Assembly (NCBI GenBank): GCA_037441285.1
Contig: JBBISL010000011.1
Location: 1 to 59,071, forward strand
Length of the DNA: 59,071 nt
From: a candidate division WOR-3 bacterium
GTDB lineage: Bacteria; Hydrothermota; Tepidihabitantia; Tepidihabitantales; Tepidihabitantaceae
Direction: 5' to 3'
Part shown: positions 48,201 through 58,130 of the stretch, piece by piece
Layout: each line of letters opens with the position of its first letter
How positions within the stretch are numbered: position 1 is the stretch's first letter
Position numbers and translations under genes: made by a program
Notes under the pieces: model-generated
Databases searched by the model: none
Seen by the model: only the letters and a program-made list of their open reading frames with translations
What the model was told of the DNA's origin: nothing

Positions 48201-48734
48201 TATGTCTATCCCGACTCCGCGATGACCGAAGGGATGAAGCTCCGCATCCTCAACGGTACAATCAACCAGCGCAACTCCAACCGGGCTTATGACTGGTCGG
48301 TTGGTGTTTCGGTAGGTCCATTTGACCTAAACCCGGGAAGCAGTTATCGGGTGGCGTTTGCCTTTGTTGGTGGCTCTTCCGAGGCGAACTTCGAAGCGAA
48401 CGCTGACAGCGCCCAGAACTGGTTCGACAGCAATGTCGGCATCGGCGATGAAGAAGGAACCCAACAGGGAAGGCATATCCCTAATATCATTTGCCAGCCC
48501 AACCCCTTCTCCCATTCGGTCTCCATTCGCTACAACCTCACCCGAACCGGAAGAGTCCAGGCAGAAGTCTTTGACATCAGCGGCCGAACCGTTGCCACCC
48601 TTCTTGACCAGGTTGTGCAACCCGGTGAAATAAAACTCAACTGGGATGCCAGTCGGGTGGCAAATGGTGTTTACATCCTGCGGTTAACTTCACCCGATGG
48701 ATGGAAAACCCAGAAACTGATTGTCAAGCGGTAA
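45207..48734 (+). CDS. Gingipain-like C25 cysteine peptidase with propeptide and T9SS-like CTD
   Basis: PGKPSLP propeptide, YVLLAGD, ADVYYADL, HG and IAC catalytic dyad, NLFGDP, and CTD PNPF...DISGR...NGVY. Confidence 0.9.
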   Translation: MKKNLSGFKMLRFWGLFLFLPQALLAGTITTTLEFNTGDLYITEANGYDLVQMPSYASTAEPGKPSLPIASFNVVIPANAAVTAIRVAPEQVLELPGVYRVHPTQPPVPLSAKTQPQFVPPDPVVYSTPANYPEADYEWNRYTGTMMGWRVCPFAVYPLHWNPVTGKLTLYRRVKVYVDYEEGAVTPPTLTEKQIEHFGPAVASVVVNPEAVKQFAPPQRLRDNMDCDYCIITSSSLAANFQSFAEWRTKKGYYTRIFKTDSISGVYPGRDLQEKIRNFIIDYWQNHGLIYVLLAGDNSIVPARRGYVDVSGTADYIPADVYYADLQWSWDGNRNNIFGEVGGDTVDLFYDLFIGRASVDNATQVSTFVNKTLYYEKTPTTDYLQKMLLPYVELWTGYSGRIVSDTIAAKTPSGWADRYIANPTSTTPMRDSINAGFHFCHAAAHGDDYGFYTQSGTPIYTTTVARNQTNSTRPVILNSIACISGNFEASDCLAEELVNNANGGAVATIMNSRYGWGTPPSMGPSEKLDCIFYDYYFLGDTVEIGRTHCSSKGVYGYMAESQALWRWCYYDLNLFGDPARPLWNGVPGTMTVQNRDSTTTGAQTFQVTVTSGGNPVVGALVCLYKPGELHEIGRTDGSGVARVTINPITPGTMYLTITRKQFLPVEKTVTVIPGAPQPYISIQGIYIDDGANHQLDPGETADLYVTLKNLGNAGATSVNGTLRTASAYITRLDSTSAYGNLNSGDTARGDRYRLSASASTPPGTQISFTLHITSSEGTWDQPFTLTVGTPSQPGAVTLDHDTGYCRLTVTALGSIGFTEPPSVDVGSGFSYPKTSSSSLYYASFLLGNSTSYIVDRFYGQPASSYNTDFRIVDSLRPVTPPQAGAEQFRAVISDAAHTTPQNIRVTQNSYMDARSGYDDFVVLVYDIQNQGSSAVNGLYAGIFADFDVGSSPTSNTVTSNETKRFSFMRSSSSANPCVGIKILSPQSFANLCAIDHARYVYPDSAMTEGMKLRILNGTINQRNSNRAYDWSVGVSVGPFDLNPGSSYRVAFAFVGGSSEANFEANADSAQNWFDSNVGIGDEEGTQQGRHIPNIICQPNPFSHSVSIRYNLTRTGRVQAEVFDISGRTVATLLDQVVQPGEIKLNWDASRVANGVYILRLTSPDGWKTQKLIVKR

Positions 48735-48750
48735 AAGAACACCAAAATGC

Positions 48751-48783
48751 AATGCGGCGTCCGAAATGGACGCCGCATTTTTT
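48751..48783. terminator. Intrinsic terminator
   Basis: AATGCGGCGTCC-GAAAT-GGACGCCGCATT plus a T run, between convergent genes. Confidence 0.85.
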
Positions 48784-48799
48784 ATCTGCCTGCGAACGG

Positions 48800-50530
48800 T
48801 TACTTGACCACTACCAGTTTGTCCAGACGGCTTAATCGAGAAGTCCGGACAAAGTAAACCCCGGGCTCAAGCGAGGAAGGCAATGTTACGCCCCCGGGTC
48901 CCGCATCAAGCATCGCTACCACCCGGCCAGAACGGTCGTAGAGCGATACCGGCAACGGTTTTTCGGGCGTCGGCACAAAATGGACATTCATCCCCGGTCG
49001 CACACAACTGGGCACAAGGCGTTGGACCACTGTTTTATTACGCTTTTCTTCGCTGACCCCGACTGTAGGTTTTTGATAAAGACCGGCCCGCGCCATATCA
49101 AATTGATAGGTAGGCCATTCCCAAGCCATCCGATTGAAAGGTACACCTGTCTCCCAGACCGTAACCGCCATCGTTGTCCCGTTGTCGTAGGAAACCGTGA
49201 CGATGTCCAGGGAGTCGTCGCCATCAACATCGGCAACCGTCGCACCGTTGAGATAAGTCCAGCCATAAGTCCGCAAAGGAAAGCCGGCAACCGGTGTGCC
49301 ATCGTGATGAACCGCGTAGAGATAACCTAAGGTGTCGGCACTGGTCATCAGATTGCTGCTAAACAAAACCTCCATATCCCCATCGCCATCAACATCCGCC
49401 ACCGTGATGTTACCCTCGGCCGCATCTCCCCCCGCCTGAACAACCGGAAACCCGTTCAGAACCGACCCGTCGTCGTCAAAACCGTACAAAACCGCTGCCG
49501 CACCGCCCATAACTCCGGAAAGCCCGCACAGCACCTTCAAATCGTCATTCCGATACAGGTCGGCAACCGTGGGCGGACAATAAGTCCAGCGCGGGAAAGC
49601 GTAGGGCCAGCCGTTAACCTGGGTCCCATCGTACCGGAAAACCGCGGTTCCGGAAGAACCACCATGATAGGCGATGACGATTTCGAGGGTGTCGTCATTG
49701 TCAACATCCGCCAGCGCCGGTGATTGATAGGAAAAGGAACCACCGTTCGGATTTGTCAATGGCCAGCCCGGCAAAATGGTACCGTCCGGGTGCAGCACAT
49801 AGAGCGCATTGTACGAGGCGTAGACAATCTCCGGTTCACCATCAAGGTTGATGTCGCCCACCGCGGCACCGAGCGCCGGCACATGGCTCAGAGAACAGGG
49901 CCAGGCACCAGGTTGCTCAACCCCGTTATGGCGTAAAACATGAAGGTGACCAATGGGCCAGTCGCGCTCGCCAACGATGATTTCGAGCGTGTCGTCCCCA
50001 TCGATATCGGCAAGGGTCGGGCTATCGGCAAAGTTCCCGTTTACCAGCCCGGTAAAGGGCCAGCCGGTCTTGACCGTTCCGTTCTCCGCAAACACATAGA
50101 CCGCACCACCCGAAGTCTGTCCCCGGGTGCAGATGGCGATTTCATATTCGCCGTCGCGGTCAATGTCGGCAGCCGCCGCCGCATACTGCCCCATCCCCGA
50201 AAAAGTTTTGGGCCAGCCCGGATAGTAACTGCCATCAGCCCGCCAGACATGAAGCTGACCGGCGGGCGATGGCATAATCACCTCGAGATGTCCGTCATCG
50301 TCAAAGTCGGCAAGGGCAGCACCTCTACAGGGCGAAAACATGCCATTACTCTGCACCTTCTTGGGCCAGCCGGGCATAATCCGAATCTCGTCACTGCCCG
50401 GTTCTGCTTCGGATATCACAACCTCCTGCCAGGTAGATAGCCCTGGTAAGGTGGCTTCCGGTCCGGTCATTTCAATCCGCCACGCTGGTGTTGTGGTAAT
50501 AACGGTCAGCAGTAAAAAGAGCTGCATCAC
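48800..50530 (-). CDS. Secreted FG-GAP/VCBS-repeat beta-propeller with a T9SS-like CTD
   Basis: Repeated GWP...ADxDGDxxxEI units; CTD YDRSGRVV...PGVYF. Confidence 0.85.
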   Translation of the reverse strand: MMQLFLLLTVITTTPAWRIEMTGPEATLPGLSTWQEVVISEAEPGSDEIRIMPGWPKKVQSNGMFSPCRGAALADFDDDGHLEVIMPSPAGQLHVWRADGSYYPGWPKTFSGMGQYAAAAADIDRDGEYEIAICTRGQTSGGAVYVFAENGTVKTGWPFTGLVNGNFADSPTLADIDGDDTLEIIVGERDWPIGHLHVLRHNGVEQPGAWPCSLSHVPALGAAVGDINLDGEPEIVYASYNALYVLHPDGTILPGWPLTNPNGGSFSYQSPALADVDNDDTLEIVIAYHGGSSGTAVFRYDGTQVNGWPYAFPRWTYCPPTVADLYRNDDLKVLCGLSGVMGGAAAVLYGFDDDGSVLNGFPVVQAGGDAAEGNITVADVDGDGDMEVLFSSNLMTSADTLGYLYAVHHDGTPVAGFPLRTYGWTYLNGATVADVDGDDSLDIVTVSYDNGTTMAVTVWETGVPFNRMAWEWPTYQFDMARAGLYQKPTVGVSEEKRNKTVVQRLVPSCVRPGMNVHFVPTPEKPLPVSLYDRSGRVVAMLDAGPGGVTLPSSLEPGVYFVRTSRLSRLDKLVVVK

Positions 50531-50865
50531 TCCTCCTTTTCAATTTCAATACTTTCTATTACCAGTTCATCGCCGCCGGTGATTTCGCCCCCGGCATTAC
50601 AGGAGCACATCTCCTCAATTGAGGAAAAACTCTTGCCGCATTTCGGACAACGGATTTGTAAGGGGGTACGGTGAAACTCCAGCACCGCGCCGGCGGCAAT
50701 CGTCCCCTCTTTCAGCCGGTCAAAATAGAACTGAACACACTCCGGCACAACCGAAGATTTCTCCCCAATCAACAGTTTAATCCGGGTGACACGGCTTGCA
50801 CCCTGTCGCCTGCCTTCGGCAAGCGCCTCGTTTAGCAAGCTTCGGGTAATGGTAAACTCATGCAT
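50527..50865 (-). CDS. hypA: Hydrogenase maturation nickel metallochaperone
   Basis: MHE N-terminus at 50865, CPKC...CSC, and GDELVIESIE. Confidence 0.9.
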   Translation of the reverse strand: MHEFTITRSLLNEALAEGRRQGASRVTRIKLLIGEKSSVVPECVQFYFDRLKEGTIAAGAVLEFHRTPLQIRCPKCGKSFSSIEEMCSCNAGGEITGGDELVIESIEIEKEE

Positions 50866-50866
50866 C

Positions 50867-53749
50867 CTACTGCAACTGGCGCAACAACTGTTCGGCATTG
50901 AAGTCACTGGGATGCCGGCGCAGCCAGTCTGATAGCAAAGCCCGGGCTTTATCGACGCTGTGCATATCCTCAACATAGAAGCGGTACAGCAGTTGAACCA
51001 GTTGCCACTCATTCGGTGCCATCGCCAGCGCCTGGAGATACATCTTTTCCGCCTCCGGATAGTTGCCCATCGCCTGGCTGATAAAACCGCGCTGGAGGAA
51101 CAGTTCCAGTCGCAGTCGTGGCTCTTCACCCGCATATCCCTGAGCCGAGTCAATCGCCGCCAGCGCAACCTCATACTGACGATTGAGCGCCGCATAGCGG
51201 GATAGATGGTAAAACAGCAACATCTTCTGGGTCGGTTCCAGTTCAAACTTGAGCGCGGGCAAGAGCGCCTGCTGCGCCGCCTGATTGTCACCGGCTCGGG
51301 CATAGGCATTGGCAAGCAAAAGGTGGCTATGGGCATAGGTCGTAAACAACCCGCGGGTGTTTTCATCCTTTTCCACCTTCGGGTCGAGCATCGACTTTAA
51401 TTTAAACTTTTCAGTCAAGAACACCCGGGTGCGCAGCGTATCAACCATCTCCTCATCCGGCGACGGGTTTTGCTCACCAACCACCCGACGCACCAAACCT
51501 TCAAGCCGGAGATAAGGCTCACAATCAACCGTATTGTCCGGCGATACCGTGGTCGCAAAGTAAACCGGACTCTTCGGATTGTACCCCGGACCAAACACCT
51601 TTGCCATAAACTGCTCGGAAGGAGATTCGTAGTCCTCGGGCCATTTCAGTTTTACGCCCCCGGCGGTCGCGATGATATTGCGAATCATTATGTCCTTCAA
51701 CAGAATGGTACGGTTGTTTCGGGCAACATAACCCAAGGGCAGCCGCTCAATCTCCTCTTCGGTAAAGGAGATTGGTGCGCCCCACCGCTTCAGCTGTTTG
51801 CAGTACCAGGGAGTATTCAACAGCGAAAGGTTGGCAACCGCCACATTCTTACCGAAGTTGGGGTCGTTGTCCGCGACCAGCGACGGCACGGTTTGCATAA
51901 ACCACAAAGGGAAGGTGTCGTTGTCACCATTGGTAAACACCACCGCTTTTTCCCCCTCACAGCAGACCAGCATATTGTAGCCGTACTCCGCCGGTATCCA
52001 GTTGTGACGCCGCGTCACCCCTTTGTAATTCAGTAACATCGGCACAAACCCAAACCCGACGACCAGTCCGGCAATCACCGGCATCGGCACCAATACCCGC
52101 CGGGTTTTAAGTTCCTGGTCAACCCACTTCATAAAGGCGTAAACCCCGGTACCGATAAAAATCGTATAAAACACAAACGAAAAGGCAAAGAAGTAGTCCC
52201 GTTCGCGCACCTCCCGAAACTTCAAATCCGGTCGCGGGTCGGAAGGTGAAAACTTTAGGTTCAAATAGGTCAAAAGTCCCAGGGAAGCAACGATAAAGGC
52301 AACAAAGATTAAGGCAAACGACTTCTTGTCCCGTTTAAACTGATGCCACATTCCCCAGAGTCCAAGAAGCGGTGGTATCAACCCTAATATCCCCTGCCAG
52401 CCGAGCCGGAGAAAGATGCGCGGGATGTTGGTGAATAAAACATCAAGGTACCTTTCGTTGCCCCACTGCCATAAAAAGTAACGGACATAGAAGGCAATCT
52501 GCTCAATATAGGCACGGACCAGCCCGAACGCCGGATTCTGATTCCGGCGCCAATCATCCTCGGTGTAGAACTGGGTCTTGCGGGGCAAAAGTCGCATCGG
52601 GTCGTACTGCTCCCGCTTCAAAACCGAGACAAAGTCGCGCCAGCGGGTCGGCTCAACCTCGTTGATGCTCGGGTAGTGCCGGGCGCGAATCAGCATAATG
52701 AACTGAACCGTACCGGCAAGGAGCACCAGCCCGAGCAGAAGCCCGACATAACGAGGTCGCAGTTTCTTCTGGGTGTGCAGCCAGTAAAGGTAGCCGCCAA
52801 AGCCGATGACAAAAAGAACGAGCAGCGCCGGTGATTTAACCCAGCGCTCAATCAGGGCGACGGTCGGTGATGCGAGAAAGAGCACCACATCGTCCATTAT
52901 CTTCTGTCCGGCACCAATCCAGGCAACCAGGAAAACCAGTGCCAGAAGCCCGAGCCCATAGATGAGTGACACATTGCGCTCCGAACGCTCCATTATCCGA
53001 ATCGCATAGTAGGTGCCGACCAGCATCAAAGGAACCACGATGAAGGTGCCCGCGGATAAACCCAGTTCGTTGATGGTCAAAATCAAAAGGTAGCCAACCG
53101 CGAATTCAATAAACCGCAGATGAATCACCGCCTGCCGGTCAACCACCAGCGCAAACACCAGCACCGCAAATACGACAAGCATCGGCGTGAAATGAATCCC
53201 GGTGGCAACAAAGAGCAGAAAGATGGCGGCAAGAATCTGGCGGTTGTCCCCGGTTTTGTTCTCCCTGCCCTCGCGCCAGACCAGCGCCATATAAAGCACC
53301 GAAAGGGCAATCACCACGCAGGGACCATAAACTTCGGCTTCCACACAGTTGTCCCAGTAGGAGTAGGCAAAACCGCACATCAAAGCGGCAAATATTCCGG
53401 CGATGTGGGGCAGATACCAGCGCCGGTTCTTCTCCTCAGCGCTGTGCTGGGAAAGCAGCCGGACAACAATCAGATAGAGCAACCCGCACGAGAAGGCGCC
53501 AAACAGAGTCGGTATCAAATTCACCCGAAAGGCGAATTCCCGGCCAATCGGCAGGAGGGTGAAAATCCTTCCCAGCATCACAAAAAGCGGTGTACCCGGC
53601 GGGTGCGGAATACCGGCGATGTACGAGACCGCAACCAGTTCGGCACAGTCCCAGAACGATGCGGTTGGCGCCACGCTGTAAAGGTAAACCGCCAGGACGG
53701 TCAGAAAAACCGCAACGAAGAAAATCAGTCGCCATCGAGATTCATTCAT
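50867..53749 (-). CDS. DUF2723 (TMEM260-like) GT-C glycosyltransferase with TPRs
   Basis: APTASFWDCAEL, IPHPPGTPLF, EAEVY, FTNGDNDTFPLW and NLSLLNT.WY. Confidence 0.9.
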   Translation of the reverse strand: MNESRWRLIFFVAVFLTVLAVYLYSVAPTASFWDCAELVAVSYIAGIPHPPGTPLFVMLGRIFTLLPIGREFAFRVNLIPTLFGAFSCGLLYLIVVRLLSQHSAEEKNRRWYLPHIAGIFAALMCGFAYSYWDNCVEAEVYGPCVVIALSVLYMALVWREGRENKTGDNRQILAAIFLLFVATGIHFTPMLVVFAVLVFALVVDRQAVIHLRFIEFAVGYLLILTINELGLSAGTFIVVPLMLVGTYYAIRIMERSERNVSLIYGLGLLALVFLVAWIGAGQKIMDDVVLFLASPTVALIERWVKSPALLVLFVIGFGGYLYWLHTQKKLRPRYVGLLLGLVLLAGTVQFIMLIRARHYPSINEVEPTRWRDFVSVLKREQYDPMRLLPRKTQFYTEDDWRRNQNPAFGLVRAYIEQIAFYVRYFLWQWGNERYLDVLFTNIPRIFLRLGWQGILGLIPPLLGLWGMWHQFKRDKKSFALIFVAFIVASLGLLTYLNLKFSPSDPRPDLKFREVRERDYFFAFSFVFYTIFIGTGVYAFMKWVDQELKTRRVLVPMPVIAGLVVGFGFVPMLLNYKGVTRRHNWIPAEYGYNMLVCCEGEKAVVFTNGDNDTFPLWFMQTVPSLVADNDPNFGKNVAVANLSLLNTPWYCKQLKRWGAPISFTEEEIERLPLGYVARNNRTILLKDIMIRNIIATAGGVKLKWPEDYESPSEQFMAKVFGPGYNPKSPVYFATTVSPDNTVDCEPYLRLEGLVRRVVGEQNPSPDEEMVDTLRTRVFLTEKFKLKSMLDPKVEKDENTRGLFTTYAHSHLLLANAYARAGDNQAAQQALLPALKFELEPTQKMLLFYHLSRYAALNRQYEVALAAIDSAQGYAGEEPRLRLELFLQRGFISQAMGNYPEAEKMYLQALAMAPNEWQLVQLLYRFYVEDMHSVDKARALLSDWLRRHPSDFNAEQLLRQLQ

Positions 53750-53752
53750 TTT

Positions 53753-54499
53753 TTAACTCTCCTTTAATAGTGCCTGCATCAGATTATACTTTAACTGGGA
53801 TGGTGTCAAATTGATGAGCAACTTGCCCCGCTGGGCAAAACTGATATTGCCGCTGGTTTCCGAAACGACAATCGCAATCGCATCGGTCACCGTCGTAATT
53901 CCAACCGCCGCGCGGTGCCGCATACCGGTGCCGGGTTCGGTCTCACCCAGCGGTAAGGTACAACTTGCCGCAATAATCTGGCCGGCGCTGATGATGACCG
54001 CACCGTCGTGCAAAGGCGAAGGCGGGGTAAAGATGGAAACAAGCAAAGGAGCGGAAACCCTTGCCTCAAGCCGGGTGCCGGTCTCAGCATACTCGCGCAA
54101 GCCAATCTCCCGCTCCAGAACAATCAAGGCACCCAGTTTCCTCTCCTTCGACTGTGCCGCCGCGGCAACCAGTTCATCAACCAGTGTTGCGTCCGCGGCG
54201 GGCCGGAATAAAAACCGCACCGGCCGGGTGCGGCCAAACCGGGAAAGCAGGTTCCTGATTTCCGGCTGGAAGATGATAACAAAGGCAACGAGCCAGACCG
54301 TTGTCAACGAACTGACAATCAAACCCAGCGCCTTAAAGTCAAGCCAGCGGGCGATGGCACCAATCACCAAAAGAAAAATTAGCGCATAGAGCATTCGGAT
54401 TGCCCGGGTGCCGCGCAAAAAACGCAAAAAGTAGTAGGCGAGCAGGGCGACGAGAATGATGTCAATGACATCAACAAACCGAAACCGGAAAAACCACAT
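53753..54499 (-). CDS. cdaA: Diadenylate cyclase
   Basis: Three TM helices, FQPEIR, PLHDGA, GMRHRAA and VSETSG. Confidence 0.94.
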   Translation of the reverse strand: MWFFRFRFVDVIDIILVALLAYYFLRFLRGTRAIRMLYALIFLLVIGAIARWLDFKALGLIVSSLTTVWLVAFVIIFQPEIRNLLSRFGRTRPVRFLFRPAADATLVDELVAAAAQSKERKLGALIVLEREIGLREYAETGTRLEARVSAPLLVSIFTPPSPLHDGAVIISAGQIIAASCTLPLGETEPGTGMRHRAAVGITTVTDAIAIVVSETSGNISFAQRGKLLINLTPSQLKYNLMQALLKES

Positions 54500-54501
54500 A
54501 C

Positions 54502-55728
54502 CTAACCTGCCCTTTGCGTCTCGCCGCTCCTAACCGGGGGATAAACCGCATCCTTTAGCGCCAGCGCCCGGTGCATCGCCTTGACATCGTGCACGCGCAC
54601 GATATCGGCGCCGTTCAGCGCGCCAATCACACAAGCGGCAATCGTACCCTCCAGCCTTTCTTCAACCGGCAGATTCAGAACCGCACCGATAAAAGACTTG
54701 CGCGAAGGCCCGATGACAATCGGTTTGCCGAGCGTGCGCAACTCCTTGAGCCGCCGCAGAATTTCCAGATTGTGCCCCGCGGTCTTACCAAAGCCAATCC
54801 CCGGGTCAACAAGAATTTTATCCGGCGCGATACCGGCATCAACACCCTGTCTTATCGACCGGGCAAGACCATCAACAATCTCCGCCATCAGGTCCTGATA
54901 CACCGGATTTTTCTGCATCGTTCTGGGCTTACCCTTGATATGCATCACAATTATCGGCACACCAGCCCGCGCCACCACCTTTGCCATCCTTCGGTCAAAT
55001 GTCAAACCGGAGATGTCGTTTATCATCCCGGCACCGGCATCAAGCACCGCTTCTGCCACCCGCGCACTGGTGGTGTCAACCGAGATTGGCGCCTTCACCT
55101 TTCGGGCAAGTTGCCTTAACACCGGCCGCAGCCGGCGCAACTGCTCCTTTTCCGGCACCGGGCTCGAACCGGGCCGGGTTGACTCGGCACCGATATCAAT
55201 GATATCTGCGCCCTCTTCACTTAACCTTATCCCCTGCTCAACCGCCCTTGCCGGCTCAAAGTAGCGCCCGCCGTCATAAAACGAGTCCGGGGTTACATTC
55301 AAAATCCCCATTATCAAAACCCGTTTACCCAGCTCAAACTTCCTCTGGCCCACGGTTAACACCGGCGCCTGCGGCATCAAATTCGTCCCTAATTCGCTCA
55401 AAATCGGCACCAGCCTTTGGGCACACTCGGGCTGATGCCGGAGCCGCTGGCAAATCTCCTCAATCTGCCGTTCGGTGGCGAAAAGAATCGCATCGGTCTT
55501 GCGCACCTTCCCGTTAATTGCGTTCCGGTGCACCGCACAGTCAGCGCCCGCGACCAGCGCGGTTTGCTTCAAAATGTTGGCGCCGGCAACCGACAGCCCG
55601 CTGATTTTCAGCGCCCGCACCGTACTCTTGGCACGAAAAATCTCCCAGGCTGCCGGGTCAACGCCGACCCGCGCCAACTCCTGATAAAGGTCCTCGCGAT
55701 GGCTGATATCAAGGAGCCGAATCATCAC
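54502..55728 (-). CDS. folP: Dihydropteroate synthase with an N-terminal extension
   Basis: MGILNVTPDSFYDGG, GAESTRPG, DPGIGFGK, SRKSFIG and VRVHDV. Confidence 0.96.
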   Translation of the reverse strand: MMIRLLDISHREDLYQELARVGVDPAAWEIFRAKSTVRALKISGLSVAGANILKQTALVAGADCAVHRNAINGKVRKTDAILFATERQIEEICQRLRHQPECAQRLVPILSELGTNLMPQAPVLTVGQRKFELGKRVLIMGILNVTPDSFYDGGRYFEPARAVEQGIRLSEEGADIIDIGAESTRPGSSPVPEKEQLRRLRPVLRQLARKVKAPISVDTTSARVAEAVLDAGAGMINDISGLTFDRRMAKVVARAGVPIIVMHIKGKPRTMQKNPVYQDLMAEIVDGLARSIRQGVDAGIAPDKILVDPGIGFGKTAGHNLEILRRLKELRTLGKPIVIGPSRKSFIGAVLNLPVEERLEGTIAACVIGALNGADIVRVHDVKAMHRALALKDAVYPPVRSGETQRAG

Positions 55729-55737
55729 CCGCTATCT

Positions 55738-56937
55738 TTACCCTTTCAATACCTGCCCGACTCTTTCCAGCGCCCAGTCAATCTCCTCCTTCTTGATTAC
55801 CAGCGGCGGGGCAAACCGAATCACCTTCTCGTGCGTATCCTTGGCAAGGATGCCCAGTTGCAACAACCGCTCGCAATAGACCCGCGCCGGTCCGGCTTCA
55901 GGCTTCAACTCCACACCGATAAACAAACCCCGTCCCCGCACCTCAGCGACCCGCGGTGAATTCAGTTTCTTCAATTCCGAAAGAAAGTATGCACCCAGCT
56001 CGGCTGACCGTTCGGGCAGCTTCTCCTCAAGAATCACCTCAACCGCCGCTTTACCAACCGCGCAGGCAAGCGGATTTCCACCAAATGTTGAACCGTGATT
56101 GCCCGGCACAAACGCATCCATCACCGCATCGGGTCCGCAAACCGCCGAAACCGGCATACAGCCACCACCCAGCGCCTTGCCCAAAATCAAAAGTTCGGGT
56201 TTGACATCCTCATACTGATAACAGAAAAGTTTGCCGGTCCGTCCCATTCCGGTCTGAATCTCATCCAGAATAAGCAGCACCCGATTCTCCTGACATATCT
56301 CCTGCGCCGCTTTCAGATACCCTTTATCCGGCACAATGATACCACCCTCGCCCTGAATCGGCTCAACAAGAAAACCGACCGTGTTGCGATTAATCGCCCG
56401 CTTTAAGGCATCAAGGTCATTATAGGGAATGACCTTAAAGCCAGGGGTAAAAGGACCAAACCCGTCCTGATAAAGCGGTTCGGTTGAAAAACTGATGATG
56501 GTGATTGTCCGACCATGAAAATTGTTGGCACAGACAACTATCTCCGCCTGATTCGGCGCCACACCCTTTTTCCGATAACCCCAGCGCCGGGCACACTTAA
56601 TCGCCGTCTCCACACCTTCGGCACCCGAGTTCATCAAAAGCACCCGGTCCTGACCGGTGATTTCACACAGCAATTTACAGAATGGTCCCAACTGGTCGTT
56701 GTGAAACGCCCTTGAAGTCAAACACAGCCGGTTCATCTGCTCGCTTAGCGCCTTCAAGATTTTCGGATGGCGATGACCCTGATTCAGCGCCGAATAAGAA
56801 GAAAGCATATCAAGATACCGATTACCTTCAACATCCTCCACCCAAACACCCTCACCCCGGGTTAAAACCACGGGCAGCGGATGGTAGTTGTGCGCGGCAT
56901 AACGCTCAACAAGTTCAATGTGCTCCTTAGTATTCAA
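55738..56937 (-). CDS. rocD: Ornithine--oxo-acid aminotransferase
   Basis: AHNYHPLPVV, SYSALNQGH, TSRAF, DEIQTG, LGKALGGG and HGSTFGGNP. Confidence 0.93.
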   Translation of the reverse strand: MNTKEHIELVERYAAHNYHPLPVVLTRGEGVWVEDVEGNRYLDMLSSYSALNQGHRHPKILKALSEQMNRLCLTSRAFHNDQLGPFCKLLCEITGQDRVLLMNSGAEGVETAIKCARRWGYRKKGVAPNQAEIVVCANNFHGRTITIISFSTEPLYQDGFGPFTPGFKVIPYNDLDALKRAINRNTVGFLVEPIQGEGGIIVPDKGYLKAAQEICQENRVLLILDEIQTGMGRTGKLFCYQYEDVKPELLILGKALGGGCMPVSAVCGPDAVMDAFVPGNHGSTFGGNPLACAVGKAAVEVILEEKLPERSAELGAYFLSELKKLNSPRVAEVRGRGLFIGVELKPEAGPARVYCERLLQLGILAKDTHEKVIRFAPPLVIKKEEIDWALERVGQVLKG

Positions 56938-57132
56938 ATGAAACTCCTTTCCGGTTAAACTCTTATCTCATTTTAGCCCGAAACCGTAATCAGTCAATTG
57001 AATGTCTCAACCATTCCCGCCTGAAACCGAATGATAAACCAGAAGAGTACCAATCAGAAAACTGTCCTCTTAAACCCGGTGATAAAATACCATCCTGAAT
57101 CGGGCATCACATTAACCACCATTAAAACACCA

Positions 57133-57261
57133 ATTTCCCATACCATCCCCGAAACTACCCCGGGGTTGGGTAGGGAAATTTTGTTCCGATTGACTAACAC
57201 CTGAAATTCCAAACTGTTATGCCACAATACCCTGTTCGGGAAAATTATACTTTAAAGTATA
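57133..57261 (+). repeat. Tripartite dispersed intergenic element, copy C
   Basis: ATTTCCCATACCATCCCCGAAACTACCCCGGGGTTGGGTAGGGAAATT, then 65 nt, then TATACTTTAAAGTATA (57246-57261). Confidence 0.85.
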
Positions 57262-57341
57262 CACCCCACGGGCAATTTACCTGCAGTGGAAACCTTTTCG
57301 GTTTATGGTTGAAGTTAATCTGCCAGTCGCTAAAATTGGGT

Positions 57342-58130
57342 GTGCGACGCCTGATTACCGTTTGTCTGGTATCCTTCTGTCTTCTCAGTACAACGGCAAA
57401 TTCACCTTTGCACCCTTATGGAATGCCTGAACCGTCCGAACCGAACTTGAAGGTATTGCACTATCGGGCGTTTGACTGCGGCTACCTCCCCCGGATTAAA
57501 CTTTCCCTCTGGGTCTCCTACTGCTATTACGAAACGCGCGGTATGACTCAACCCCGATATCGGGGAAGGTTTATGCCCGACACCTTCCGGCTCAAAAAAG
57601 CCGAAGCCGCATTCCCCGCAGTTTACGAATCTGTTCCCGGATTCATTCGTTATCAATTAGACAAGGGCCACCTCGCACCCGATGCCGCGATTAAGGTGTT
57701 CGGCACTGCGGCGCAAAAGGAAACCTACTTCCTCACCAACATCATCCCGCAGTTTGCCAATACCAATCGGTTTATCTGGGCAGCGCTCGAGAAAAACATT
57801 CGGGATTGGGCTGGCTTAAAAGAGACCGTCTGGGTAACAGTTGGTCCGGTCTTTTATCCGAACCAGGACACCGTCTGGCTCGGCACCAATCAGGTGCCAA
57901 TTCCCCACGCCTGTTATTGCGTGGTGTTCAAAAGACCGGCAAAACTTATCGCCTTTGTCGTCCCGAACGACTCAATTCGGCGCACCGGCAAACACCTGCC
58001 CCGGTTTCTCGTCAGCGTGGACTCAGTAGAGAAGTTGACCGGCCTTGACCTCTTTCCCGGTCTGCCGCCTGCTCTTGAAAAACAGGTGGAACCGGTAAAA
58101 CCGAAAAAGATTTGGCAATTTCGCCCTTAG
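57342..58130 (+). CDS. Secreted DNA/RNA non-specific endonuclease (NucA type)
   Basis: DKGHLAP, NIIPQ...NR..W..LE and VDSVEKLTGLDLF; GTG 5 nt after TTGAAG-N16-TAAAAT. Confidence 0.9.
   Translation: MRRLITVCLVSFCLLSTTANSPLHPYGMPEPSEPNLKVLHYRAFDCGYLPRIKLSLWVSYCYYETRGMTQPRYRGRFMPDTFRLKKAEAAFPAVYESVPGFIRYQLDKGHLAPDAAIKVFGTAAQKETYFLTNIIPQFANTNRFIWAALEKNIRDWAGLKETVWVTVGPVFYPNQDTVWLGTNQVPIPHACYCVVFKRPAKLIAFVVPNDSIRRTGKHLPRFLVSVDSVEKLTGLDLFPGLPPALEKQVEPVKPKKIWQFRP

Noticed and set aside
50866..51366. Long N-terminal extension of HypA in the ORF track
   Set aside because: It is an alternative frame of the DUF2723 gene. HypA starts at the MHE motif (50865).
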